64,000 bases of DNA from Nostoc sp. DedSLP01 (GTDB lineage Bacteria > Cyanobacteriota > Cyanobacteriia > Cyanobacteriales > Nostocaceae): NCBI GenBank assembly GCA_034530875.2, contig JAVRCJ020000002.1, forward strand, positions 160,001 through 224,000, given 5' to 3'. The notes beneath the pieces were generated by a model, which saw only the letters and a program-made list of their open reading frames with translations, ran no database searches and was not told the DNA's origin. This document shows positions 29,248 to 39,084 of the stretch, in pieces. Positions within the stretch are counted from its first letter, which is position 1. The number at the start of each line of letters is the position of its first letter. A program made the translations under genes and the position numbers.

Positions 29248-29814
29248 ATGAATAAATTCTTTTCGACTCTAACCTTAACAACAGCTACAACTTTAGCTAT
29301 TGCATTCACTGGAGCAACAATCGCTAATCACCTTGTTTTAGGGCAGACATCTATTGACTTAGCCAAGTTACGTAGCGATGCTGTATCTGCACACAACACT
29401 TATCGAGCTAAGCATAAAAGTCCTAACGTCACCATTGATGATACTCTCAACCAGAGTGCCCAAGCTTGGGCACAAACCATAGCAGCTAAAGGTGACTTAG
29501 AACACAGTACCAATCGCAACAATGTCGGAGAGAACATATACTGGGGTGGAGAATCAGCAAACTCAGGTACCGAAGCAACTGACAGCTGGTACAGCGAAGT
29601 TAAAGACTATGACTACAACAACCCTGTATTTTCTAGCTTAACCGGACATTTTACTCAGGTAGTCTGGAAAGGCAGTACAAAAGTAGGCTGCGGTGCTGCA
29701 CCCGGCCCTGCAACAATTGAGGGTACTAAGTACGATGGCGTCTATGTAGTTTGTCAGTATTCTCCCGCAGGAAATGTAAAAGGACAGTTTGCTGATAATG
29801 TCCTAAAACCGTAG
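29248..29814 (+). CDS. Secreted CAP/SCP (PR-1-like) protein
   Basis: Signal peptide; HNTYRAKH, GENIYW, WYSEV, GHFTQVVWK, VVCQYSPAGN. Confidence 0.93.
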   Translation: MNKFFSTLTLTTATTLAIAFTGATIANHLVLGQTSIDLAKLRSDAVSAHNTYRAKHKSPNVTIDDTLNQSAQAWAQTIAAKGDLEHSTNRNNVGENIYWGGESANSGTEATDSWYSEVKDYDYNNPVFSSLTGHFTQVVWKGSTKVGCGAAPGPATIEGTKYDGVYVVCQYSPAGNVKGQFADNVLKP

Positions 29815-29924
29815 TAGTTGATTGCCAACCGCTAGGTTAAGCGTAAAAGGCGATCGCTACATCATCGATTTTGCCACGGCAAACGTTTAACACTGCCAAC
29901 AAGTATAAGTATCAATTATATAAA

Positions 29925-29956
29925 ACAAAGATCCTAGTTTTGACTAGGATCTTTGT
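29925..29956. promoter_or_regulatory. Operator palindrome, copy D (perfect arms, inverted loop)
   Basis: ACAAAGATCCTAGT-TTTG-ACTAGGATCTTTGT. Confidence 0.75.
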
Positions 29957-29976
29957 TTGATGCGATCGTTGGGGTG

Positions 29977-30313
29977 TAGACGCGCTGCTTCGGCTTGTCG
30001 TAATACTGTTTCACTTTCAACTTGATACAAATACCTTGGTAGGGGCTTTACAGCTGTCATACGTGTCAACTTAACGTGAAAGCCTTGTCAAAACTCGATT
30101 TTGGATTTACTCACTTCCCATGAAGATCCGCGTTACCCCACCCCAGCTTTGCTGACGCAAAACTTCCCCTCTCCTTGCCAAGGGGAGGGGATTGAGGGGT
30201 GGGGTAAAGTGCTGTGGGATAAGCGTTTGACGTTAAGTTGACACCAATGTACAGCTGTAAAGCCCCTACGGAAAATCCAAATGTATCAAAATTTTCGTGA
30301 AATGGTATGAGAC
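29977..30313. mobile_element. Nested SDR / MITE-like insertions
   Basis: Four concentric inverted-repeat pairs inside a split SDR, itself inside a HIP1-like site. Confidence 0.75.
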
Positions 30314-30433
30314 ATCGCTCTATAATCCACTTCGCTACAGCAAAATTGTCACAACTGCCTAGCCTGTGCAAGCAAAGCGCATAGGTACAAAAGCTTTCAT
30401 ATCAAGGCAACAAATCAAAACTAATTAACCGTA

Positions 30434-31282
30434 ATGACTGGCAAAATCCACTTTATCTCCGGCTTACCTCGTTCCGGTTCCACCTTACTCGCAGCCTTAC
30501 TGCGGCAAAATCCGCGATTTCACGCCAGTATGACAAGCCCCGTCGGGAGTTTGGTAAACCGAATGCTCGAAGCGATGAGCGAAGACAACGAATATTCTGT
30601 CTTTATCACCCCAGAGCAAAAACGGGCATTAACCTTAACGATATTTTCCACATTCTACCAGCCCCAAGCTGATAAAGAAGTCATCTTCGACACTAACCGC
30701 TTGTGGTGTAGCAAATTGTCTTTAATTCACGAGCTATTTCCTGGCTCAAAGGTGATTTGCTGCGTGCGGAATGTGGCTTGGATTATGGACAGCATCGAAC
30801 GGCTGATTAGAAAAAACGCCTTTGATGTGTCGCGGATGTTTAACAATTCTGGCGAAGGTTCCACAGTTTACACCCGCACCGAAGCTTTGAGTGGTGGGGG
30901 AAGGTTAGTCGGATTTGCTTATAACGCCCTCAAAGAAGCTTTTTATAGCGAACACAGTGCTTGTTTGTTGTTGGTGGACTATGACTTATTAACTCAAGCA
31001 CCAGATAAAACCCTATCGCTAATTTATCAATTCATAGAAGAAGAACCCTTTGACCATGATTTTGACAATGTGGAATATGAAGCTGAGGAATTTGATTCGC
31101 GGCTGAATACCAAAGGGTTACATCAGGTGCGTCGCAAAGTTGAGTTTAAACCGCGATCGACAATCTTACCACCGGATTTATTTGCTCAATATGATGCGTT
31201 GTCTTTTTGGCAGAACCCCAGTAATAGCCGAGCGAATGTGATTGTCGCCCAGCCGATACCAGCGGCGAATTCATCAAGCTGA
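30434..31282 (+). CDS. Sulfotransferase, RaxST/TPST-like, copy 1
   Basis: 5'-PSB motif [14 protein letters not shown], 3'-PB motif [28 protein letters not shown]. Confidence 0.9.
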   Translation: MTGKIHFISGLPRSGSTLLAALLRQNPRFHASMTSPVGSLVNRMLEAMSEDNEYSVFITPEQKRALTLTIFSTFYQPQADKEVIFDTNRLWCSKLSLIHELFPGSKVICCVRNVAWIMDSIERLIRKNAFDVSRMFNNSGEGSTVYTRTEALSGGGRLVGFAYNALKEAFYSEHSACLLLVDYDLLTQAPDKTLSLIYQFIEEEPFDHDFDNVEYEAEEFDSRLNTKGLHQVRRKVEFKPRSTILPPDLFAQYDALSFWQNPSNSRANVIVAQPIPAANSSS

Positions 31283-31431
31283 GAATTTTCTCTCTTTGTT
31301 GCTGCATAGAGACTGTAGGTTGGGCTTACCGTGTGAAAACCCAACAAAGACTTGCAGATGTTGGGTTTCGTTGCGTCAACCCAACTTACCATTTTCTTCT
31401 CATTTACCTAATACCAAAGGAAATCAATCAA

Positions 31432-33390
31432 ATGACAAATTTCACTGTTAACCAAACCACTGATGACGGAACTGGCTTAACTGCTGGAACCCTCAGTTAT
31501 GCCATTCGCCAAGCTAACCAACTGGCAGGGGATGACACGATTACCATTGATAACGATGTCCGCATCACTGGGGTAATGAAAACCCTGGTGAACAGCAACA
31601 TCACCATTGTCGGCAACAACCACAGTATTAGCGGCGATGCGAATAATGACGGCATCAACAATAACGGCGACGTGCGCCCCCTGTTTATCCTATCCGGAAA
31701 TGTGGAGATTTCCAATTTAACCATCACCAACGGACGAGCTAAAGGCGGAGATAGTGGAGCTGGTGGCGGCGGTGCAGGACTCGGCGGCGGCTTGTTCATC
31801 TATGATGGCAATGTTTCCTTAACCAATGTCGCCTTTACTAATAACGCAGCACAAGGCGGTAGTAGCGGTGTCGGCGGCCGTGGCGGCGGCGGTATGTTTG
31901 GCAACGGCGGCGGCAACGGCGGCGGCGGACTGTTTGCCAGTAGCACTGGCGACAACGGGGGCTACGGGGGCTACGGCAACTACGGCGGCTTTGGCGGCGC
32001 CATCTTCAGCAACGGCGGCTTCGGCGGCGGCGGCGGCTACGGCACCGCCAACGGCGGCTTCGGCGGCTTTGGCGGCGGCGGCGGCGGCGGCTACTTCGGC
32101 AACGGCGGCTTTGGCGGCTTCGGCGGCGGCGGCGGCTTCGCCATCTACGGCGGCGGCGGCGACGGCGGCTACGGCAGCGGCGGCGGCGGCGGCAGCGGCG
32201 GCGGCGGCTTCGGCGGCAGCTTCGGCGGCTTTGGCGGCGGCTTCGGCGGCGGCGGTGCTGGATTAGGGGGTGGCATCTTCGTCCGCAGTGGCTCTTTAAC
32301 CCTCAACAACACCAGCTTTACCAACAACACAGCCACAGGTGGGACGGGTGCTAACTCAGGTCAAGGCTTGGGTGGGGCAATCTTCATTATGCAGTCTACC
32401 AACAATACCAACGGCAATAACCAGGGAATGCCGACTACCCTTGGCAGTGTCAGTTCTGCTGGTACCCAGCCTACCTTTAGCGGCAACAGTGCGGCGAATG
32501 ATGCGGCAACACCGACAAATAACGATGATGTTTACGGCACAATTAACGTCACTGCAACCAACCAAGCCCCCGTTGCTGTTGATGACATTGTTTCCACATT
32601 CTTTGGTACTAGCGTCAACATCCCAGTTACTACCCTACTAGCCAATGATAGCGATGCCGATGGCAACCCTCTGAGCATCACTGCTGTCAGCAGTGCTACC
32701 AACGGTACTGCCGTGCTGAATAATAACGGCACCCCCAACAACAGTGCAGATGATTACGTTACCTTTACTCCAAATCTTCTATTCGTTGGTAATGCCAGCT
32801 TTAACTACACCCTCAGCGATGGTAGCCTCACTGATACTGGTACGGTGACTGTGGCTGTCGGTCTTAACAGTAATGGCACTAATTTTGCTGATAGCTTGAT
32901 TGGTACCCTTGGTAACGACATCATCAACGGCGGCAATGGCAACGATACCATCTACGGCGGCGCGGGTAACGATAGCCTCAACGGTGATAATGGCAACGAC
33001 ATCTTGTATGGCGATGGACTGATGGATGGCGGCGCGGGTAACGATACCCTCAACGGTGGTAATGGCAATGATACCCTCTATGGTGGCGGCGGTAGCGATC
33101 GCCTCTCTGGTGGTAATGGCAACGATTTACTCTATGGTGGTGCCAGCAGCGATATCCTCACAGGTGGCAGTGGTAACGATATCTTTGCTTTTGCTGGTGG
33201 GGAAGGTACTGACACCATTACTGATTTCATTAAGGGTAGCGATCTGATTGGATTGTATGGTGGTTTAAGCTTTGGGCAATTAAGTTTCTCTGGTAACAAT
33301 ATCCTGGTGACTTCCACTAATGAAATTTTGGCGACGCTGACTGGCATTAATACTACGACGCTGACTGCTGCTAATTTCGTCACGCTTTAA
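31432..33390 (+). CDS. Glycine-rich secreted RTX protein (RTX-B)
   Basis: ATG 31432 after AAGGA; beta-helix-like N-terminus, long GGF/GGY tract, cadherin-like domain, RTX nonapeptides. Confidence 0.9.
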   Translation: MTNFTVNQTTDDGTGLTAGTLSYAIRQANQLAGDDTITIDNDVRITGVMKTLVNSNITIVGNNHSISGDANNDGINNNGDVRPLFILSGNVEISNLTITNGRAKGGDSGAGGGGAGLGGGLFIYDGNVSLTNVAFTNNAAQGGSSGVGGRGGGGMFGNGGGNGGGGLFASSTGDNGGYGGYGNYGGFGGAIFSNGGFGGGGGYGTANGGFGGFGGGGGGGYFGNGGFGGFGGGGGFAIYGGGGDGGYGSGGGGGSGGGGFGGSFGGFGGGFGGGGAGLGGGIFVRSGSLTLNNTSFTNNTATGGTGANSGQGLGGAIFIMQSTNNTNGNNQGMPTTLGSVSSAGTQPTFSGNSAANDAATPTNNDDVYGTINVTATNQAPVAVDDIVSTFFGTSVNIPVTTLLANDSDADGNPLSITAVSSATNGTAVLNNNGTPNNSADDYVTFTPNLLFVGNASFNYTLSDGSLTDTGTVTVAVGLNSNGTNFADSLIGTLGNDIINGGNGNDTIYGGAGNDSLNGDNGNDILYGDGLMDGGAGNDTLNGGNGNDTLYGGGGSDRLSGGNGNDLLYGGASSDILTGGSGNDIFAFAGGEGTDTITDFIKGSDLIGLYGGLSFGQLSFSGNNILVTSTNEILATLTGINTTTLTAANFVTL

Positions 33391-33409
33391 TCATCCTTAT
33401 TTGATGCAA

Positions 33410-33466
33410 GCACCTTTGATGCATTGGCTTGCACCTTTGATGCATTGGCTTGCACCTTTAATGCAT
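33410..33466. repeat. 21-bp tandem repeat array 3 (about 2.5 units)
   Basis: GCACCTTTGATGCATTGGCTT units. Confidence 0.85.
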
Positions 33467-33510
33467 GAGCGTTGCAAAAATTAGCCTTGCTCAGTCTTCA
33501 GAGAGTGGAG

Positions 33511-33541
33511 GCGATGTCTACGACAAGGCTTACGCCTACGC
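33511..33541. repeat. SDR5-like element in a HIP1 site; identical copy at about 26551-26581
   Basis: GCGAT-GTCTACGACAAGGCTTACGCCTA-CGC. Confidence 0.7.
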
Positions 33542-33577
33542 TACTCTCACGTTTCACATAAGTATCAATTATATAGG

Positions 33578-33642
33578 ACAAAGATCCTAGTCAAAACTTG
33601 GATCTTTGTACGATGCGGTCGTTGAGGCGATCGCTATATAAT
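33578..33642 (+). promoter_or_regulatory. Operator-promoter module, copy E
   Basis: ACAAAGATCCTAGTCAAAACTTGGATCTTTGT (33578-33609), 27 bp, TATAAT (33637-33642). Confidence 0.75.
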
Positions 33643-33745
33643 CTCACCAACGCAAAATTTTAACAACTGTCTAGCCTGTGCGGGTAAAACACACAGGTGC
33701 AAAAGCTTTTATATCAAGGCAATAAATCAAAGCCAATCAATCATC

Positions 33746-34588
33746 ATGACTGCCAAAATCCACTTTATCTCCGGCTTACCTCGTTCTGGTTCCACCTTAC
33801 TCGGAGCCTTACTGCGGCAAAACCCCCGGTTTCATGCCAGCATGACTAGCCCTGTTGGTAGTCTGGTGAACCGAATGCTCGAAGCGATGAGCGAAGACAA
33901 CGAATATTCTGTCTTTATCACCCCTGAGCAAAAACGAGCATTAACCTTAACTATATTTTCCACATTCTACCAGCCGCAAGCAGATAAAGAAGTCATCTTT
34001 GACACTAACCGCTTGTGGTGTAGCAAATTATCCTTAATTCACGAGCTATTTCCTGGCTCCAAGGTGATTTGCTGCGTGCGGAATGTCGCTTGGATTATGG
34101 ATAGCATCGAACGGCTGATTAGAAAAAACGCTTTTGATGTGTCGCGGATGTTTAATAATGCTGGTGAACGCTCCACAGTTTACACCCGCACCGAAGCCTT
34201 GAGTCAAGGGGGACGGTTAGTGGGGTTTGCTTATAACGCCCTCAAAGAAGCATTTTATAGCGAACACAGCGCCTCTTTGCTTTTGGTGGACTATGACTTA
34301 TTGACCCAAGCACCTGATAAAACCCTATCGCTGATTTATCAATTTTTACAAGAGGAACCCTTTAAGCATGATTTTGCCAATGTAGAATACGAAGCTGAGG
34401 AATTTGATAATCGCCTGAATACTAAGGGACTACATCAGGTGCGTCGCAAAGTCGAGTTTCAGCCGCGACTGACAATTTTACCACCGGATTTATTTACTCA
34501 GTATGATGGGTTGTCTTTTTGGAAGAATCCTAGCAATAGTCTAGCAAATGTGATTGTCGCCCAGCCAGTAGAAGCAGTGAGTAAATGA
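33746..34588 (+). CDS. Sulfotransferase, RaxST/TPST-like, copy 2
   Basis: Near-identical paralog of 30434-31282 with the same PAPS-binding motifs. Confidence 0.9.
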   Translation: MTAKIHFISGLPRSGSTLLGALLRQNPRFHASMTSPVGSLVNRMLEAMSEDNEYSVFITPEQKRALTLTIFSTFYQPQADKEVIFDTNRLWCSKLSLIHELFPGSKVICCVRNVAWIMDSIERLIRKNAFDVSRMFNNAGERSTVYTRTEALSQGGRLVGFAYNALKEAFYSEHSASLLLVDYDLLTQAPDKTLSLIYQFLQEEPFKHDFANVEYEAEEFDNRLNTKGLHQVRRKVEFQPRLTILPPDLFTQYDGLSFWKNPSNSLANVIVAQPVEAVSK

Positions 34589-34618
34589 AGCTTTGAATTT
34601 TCCCCTTCTCTACCAGGC

Positions 34619-34771
34619 TGCAACTTAGATGCATCGGCTTGCAACTTAGATGCATCGACTTGCACCTTTAATGCATTGACCTGCACCTTTGATGTATCAA
34701 ATTGCAACTTTAGTGCATCGGCTTGCAACTTAGTTGCATCAACCCGCACCTTAGTTGCATCTACCTGCAAC
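34619..34771. repeat. 21-bp tandem repeat array 4 (about 7 degenerate units)
   Basis: TGCAACTTAGATGCATCGGCT-type units. Confidence 0.85.
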
Positions 34772-34874
34772 AAGCAAGTTTGTAGTAAGAACTTTAGTCG
34801 TTATTTTCTAAGCACTAAAGTGCTTACTACAAACCCTCAAAACATCTGAATTTGTAGGGTGCGTTATGGAGATA

Positions 34875-34953
34875 CAGCACCAATGAAATCCTGGCAACGC
34901 TGACGGGTATTAATACCACTACCCTCACATCTGCTGATTTCTTAACGGTCTAG
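34875..34953 (+). pseudogene. Orphan 3' fragment of an RTX gene
   Basis: Encodes [29 protein letters not shown], near-identical to the end of RTX-C. Confidence 0.75.
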
Positions 34954-35277
34954 GATTATAGCTTTTTTAGTTGATTAGTGATGCGATCGCTTTTTCTTTT
35001 GACCTCAAAGGCGATCGCATTTTCGCCCATCAAGTCTATTTAATCAAACGCGCTGAAAACAACAGGAATTACTCTATGCCTAATTGCGAGCGCGCCAGAC
35101 GATTTTACCACCAGATTTATTTACCCAGTCTAATCAGTTGTCTTTTTGACCAAATCCTAGCAATGGTTTGGCGAATTTGATCGCTCCCCAGCCCATAGAG
35201 ACAACGGTTAAATCTAGTTTCCTTTTTTAAGGGACAAAAGTTTCACTGACTCGAACTAAACCAAGGAAAAAAATCAA

Positions 35278-37215
35278 ATGGCAACTTTTAATGTAACTTC
35301 TACTACCGATGACGGAACTGGCTTAACCACAGGCACCCTCAGTTATGCAATTCTCCAAGCCAACCAACAGGCAGGGGATGACACGATTAGCATCGATACC
35401 GATGTCCGCATTACAGGGGTGATGAAAACCCTCGTCAACAGCAATATCTCCATCGTCGGCAACGGCAACAGCATCAGTGGTGATGCCAACAACAACGGCA
35501 TCAACGACAACGGCGACGTGCGCCCCCTATTCATCCTATCGGGAAGCGTCGATATTTCTGACCTGACCATCACCAACGGACGAGCTAAAGGCGGAGATAG
35601 TGAACAAGGTGGCGGTGGTGCTGGTATGGGAGGCGGCTTGTTCATCTATGATGGCAATGTGTCTTTGACCGATGTCGCTTTCACTAATAACGCAGCACAA
35701 GGCGGTAATAGCGGTATCGGCTTCGGCAACAACGGTGGTGGTGGGATGTTCGGCAATTCTGGCGGCTACGGCGGCGGCGGACTGTTTGGTTCGAGCAACG
35801 GCAACAACGGCGGCTATGGTGGTAACGGTAACTACGGCGGCAGCAGCAACGGCGGCTTCGGCGGTGGCGGCTTCGGCAGCAGCGGTATCGGCGGCAGCGG
35901 CGGCTTCGGCGGCGGTGGTGGCAGGGGTGTTGTCGGCGACGCCGGCAGCGGCGGCTTCGGCGGCGGTGGTGGCAGTAGCGTTGCCGGCGATGGTGGCAGT
36001 GGCGGCTACGGCGGCGGCGGCGGCTACTTCGGCGGCAGCGGCGGCTTCGGCGGTGGCGACGGCACTGGCTTTCTCGGTGGCGGCGGTGCTGGACTAGGGG
36101 GTGGCATTTTCGTCCGTACTGGTTCTTTAACCCTCAACAACACCAGCTTTACCAACAACACGGCTACAGGTGGTTCGTCTTTAAACGATGGCCAAGGCTT
36201 AGGTGGGGCAATCTTCATCATGCAGTCCACCACCAATACCAACGGCAACAACCAGGGAATGCCGACTGTCCTACCTACCGTCAATTCTGTAGGTAATCCT
36301 ACCTTTAGTGGCAACAGTGCAGCAAATGATGCAGGAACAGCCACCAATAACGATAATGTCTACGGCACGATTAACATCACTGCCAGCAACCAATCCCCCG
36401 TCGCTAACCCCGACAGTGCGACCACTGCCAAAAATACTGCCGTCAGCATCTCGGTAAGTACCCTGTTAGCTAACGATACCGATCCCGACAGCAACCCCCT
36501 CAGCATCACTGGTGTCAGCGGTGTGACTAACGGTACTGCCGTCTTTAACAATAACGGCACAGCCAGCAACACGGCAGATGATTTCGTTCTCTTTACTCCA
36601 ACTACTGGATTCAGTGGTAATGCCAGCTTTGACTACACCCTCAGCGATGGTAGCCTCACTGATACTGCTACAGTTACCGTGGCTGTCGGTAACAACATTC
36701 TAGGCGGTAATGGTGCTGATAGCCTGAGTGGCACAGCAGGCAATGACTCCATTGCCGGAGGCAATAGCACTGACACTCTCAACGGCTTGGGGGGTGATGA
36801 CACCCTTGTCGGCGGTAATCAAGGGGATATCCTCAATGGAGGCGATGGCAATGACCTCCTGCTAGGGGAAGAAAGCGATAACAGTGGCGGTGGCAAAGAC
36901 ATTCTCAATGGCGGTGCTGGTAATGACATTCTCAATGGCGGTAACGGCGTAGATAACCTTACAGGTGGTACTGGCAACGACATCTTAACTGGTGGCAATG
37001 GTTCTGATACTTTCATCTTCGCCGCCCTAGACGGCACCGATACCATCACCGATTTTAGTGGAGCAGATGTAATTGGTTTGTCTGGGGGTCTGAGTTTCGG
37101 CGCTCTGTCCTTCTCTGGCAGCAACATCATTGTTACCAGCACCAATGAAATCCTGGCAACGCTGACGGGTATTAATACCACTACCCTCACATCTGCTGAT
37201 TTCATCACGGTCTAG
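35278..37215 (+). CDS. Glycine-rich secreted RTX protein (RTX-C)
   Basis: N-terminus paralogous to RTX-B, Gly-rich tract, cadherin-like domain, RTX nonapeptides. Confidence 0.9.
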   Translation: MATFNVTSTTDDGTGLTTGTLSYAILQANQQAGDDTISIDTDVRITGVMKTLVNSNISIVGNGNSISGDANNNGINDNGDVRPLFILSGSVDISDLTITNGRAKGGDSEQGGGGAGMGGGLFIYDGNVSLTDVAFTNNAAQGGNSGIGFGNNGGGGMFGNSGGYGGGGLFGSSNGNNGGYGGNGNYGGSSNGGFGGGGFGSSGIGGSGGFGGGGGRGVVGDAGSGGFGGGGGSSVAGDGGSGGYGGGGGYFGGSGGFGGGDGTGFLGGGGAGLGGGIFVRTGSLTLNNTSFTNNTATGGSSLNDGQGLGGAIFIMQSTTNTNGNNQGMPTVLPTVNSVGNPTFSGNSAANDAGTATNNDNVYGTINITASNQSPVANPDSATTAKNTAVSISVSTLLANDTDPDSNPLSITGVSGVTNGTAVFNNNGTASNTADDFVLFTPTTGFSGNASFDYTLSDGSLTDTATVTVAVGNNILGGNGADSLSGTAGNDSIAGGNSTDTLNGLGGDDTLVGGNQGDILNGGDGNDLLLGEESDNSGGGKDILNGGAGNDILNGGNGVDNLTGGTGNDILTGGNGSDTFIFAALDGTDTITDFSGADVIGLSGGLSFGALSFSGSNIIVTSTNEILATLTGINTTTLTSADFITV

Positions 37216-37324
37216 GATTATAGCCTTTTTTCGGTGATTAGTGATGCGATCGCTTTTTCTTTTGATCTTAAACGCGATCGCATTTTCGCCCATAAAGCCT
37301 ATTTAATCAAACGCGCTGAAAACA

Positions 37325-37482
37325 TTAGTTTGGGTCAAGGAGACAAAATCGGTTTGTCTGGCTTGAGTTTTAGTCAGTTGTCTTTCTCTGGTAATGAGAT
37401 TCGGTTAGGTAATCAAACTTTAGCAATACTCACTGGCTTTGATACGACGACGCTGACACAAAACAACTTTACTTCTGTTTAA
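37325..37482 (+). pseudogene. Second orphan RTX C-terminal fragment
   Basis: LGQGDKIGLSGLSFSQLSFSGNEIRLGNQTLAILTGFDTTTLTQNNFTSV-stop with no credible N-terminus. Confidence 0.7.
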
Positions 37483-37528
37483 GTCTTTTGGGTGGGCAAA
37501 CGTTTGCCCACTCAACAAATTGGCTAAA

Positions 37529-37618
37529 TGCATTGACTTGCACCTTTGTTGCATTGACTTGCACCTTTGTTGCATTGGCTTGCACCTTTGTTGCATTGGC
37601 TTGCACCTTAATTGCATT
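37529..37618. repeat. 21-bp tandem repeat array 5 (about 4 units)
   Basis: TGCATTGRCTTGCACCTTTGT units. Confidence 0.9.
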
Positions 37619-37624
37619 AAAGGA

Positions 37625-38266
37625 TTATTGTTGAAATTGGCTCAATAACCAAGCACCAACTTGACTTTGATACATTTGACGAGTTCGCCGTAATGCTTCG
37701 TTTAATAAAGAAATAGCTAATCCTGGCAACACCTGAGATTCTGTAATTCGGCGGCTACCTTGGTTTTCAATGGCAAAAGCCATAATTTCCACGTTTTGGA
37801 CATTTGAAATCCAGTATTCTTTGACTCCTAAATCTTCGTATAGTAACCGTTTGTTACCGAGGTCGTCAGCAAGGGAAGTATTGGCAACTTCAATTACTAA
37901 ATCTGATGGTGGATAGATGTCTAAGTTAACAATAGAAGTACCGTAGGGAATAATATTAGCATTCTCGCTAATGTAGTAAGACACATCAGGTTGAGCTTCA
38001 TTCAAGCCTGTTTTTCGATATGTACAATTATCTTTACCATTGAGAGCAATGCCTTTGATGGTGGCAAACAAGTTAACAGCAAACAGAATAATTGTATGGT
38101 CGCTGGCGTGGTCATTTCCTACTGCGTAGATTTCAATCCTCATGTGTCCATTGTGGTAGTAGCCCTTGGCTTTTTCGTAGGCAGGATTTTCTATGAATCC
38201 AATATATTCATCCCAAGTGGCTTTTATCCAAATATCAGTTACTAGTGGGATCTGTAATTCGCTCAT
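37625..38266 (-). CDS. Uma2-family (PD-(D/E)XK-like) endonuclease
   Basis: QPDVSYY, DLVIEVA, KRLLYEDLGVKEYW; start placed at MSELQ. Confidence 0.88.
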   Translation of the reverse strand: MSELQIPLVTDIWIKATWDEYIGFIENPAYEKAKGYYHNGHMRIEIYAVGNDHASDHTIILFAVNLFATIKGIALNGKDNCTYRKTGLNEAQPDVSYYISENANIIPYGTSIVNLDIYPPSDLVIEVANTSLADDLGNKRLLYEDLGVKEYWISNVQNVEIMAFAIENQGSRRITESQVLPGLAISLLNEALRRTRQMYQSQVGAWLLSQFQQ

Positions 38267-38499
38267 AATATTATTGCCAAAGGATAACTCGAACAACGAT
38301 CGCACAAGTTGTATCACCATTAAGCTGATAATAAAGCTTTCGTCGCCTTCTTGCTGACTCTTTTCGTAAGATATCCCAAAGCCTCTAAAGTGATTTTTTG
38401 TAAAATTATATACTGCACTTTTCAATTTTCTGGGTAATCAAAATTTAGAGGCGATCGCTACTTAAAATTTGAGAATGCGATTAAATTTTAAATAAAACT

Positions 38500-39084
38500 A
38501 TGAAACAACAAGGCATAATTCTCTGGCTAACAGGCTTAAGCGGTGCTGGAAAAACAACCATCGCCCACGGTGTCGCCCAAGAACTACTTCTGAGAAATTA
38601 CGCACTAGAAGTACTAGATGGTGATGTGGTTCGCACCCATCTTTCGCAAGGGTTGGGTTTTAGCAAACAAGACCGAGATACAAATGTGCGTCGTATTGGC
38701 TTTGTTGCTGAATTACTCAGTCGCAATGGCATAATTGCGATCGTTGCTGCAATCAGCCCTTACCGTGAAATTCGAGACGAACTCAAAAAGACTTCTACCA
38801 ATTTTGTAGAAGTTTATGTAAAAGCTCCACTTACAGTTTGTGAATTACGTGATGAGAAAGGACTTTACGCTAAAGCCAAGGCAGGAGAAATCAAACATTT
38901 TACTGGAATCTCTGACCCCTATGAAGAACCATTAAATCCAGAGATTATCTGCCAAACCGATAAATTTACTATTGAGCAATGTGTTAACCGAGTAATTAAC
39001 TATTTAGAACACAAAAATTTTATCGTTGCTGATAAAAAATCTCATGCTAATTTAATTACAATCTCTCATAAAGATATGATTTAA
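38500..39084 (+). CDS. cysC: Adenylyl-sulfate (APS) kinase
   Basis: WLTGLSGAGKTT, LDGDVVR, LGFSKQDRDTNVRRIG, ISPY, KGLY, FTGISDPYE. Confidence 0.95.
   Translation: MKQQGIILWLTGLSGAGKTTIAHGVAQELLLRNYALEVLDGDVVRTHLSQGLGFSKQDRDTNVRRIGFVAELLSRNGIIAIVAAISPYREIRDELKKTSTNFVEVYVKAPLTVCELRDEKGLYAKAKAGEIKHFTGISDPYEEPLNPEIICQTDKFTIEQCVNRVINYLEHKNFIVADKKSHANLITISHKDMI

Noticed and set aside
31826..32266. Ala-rich alternative-frame ORFs here and at 35672-36097
   Set aside because: Shadow frames of the GGC glycine tracts
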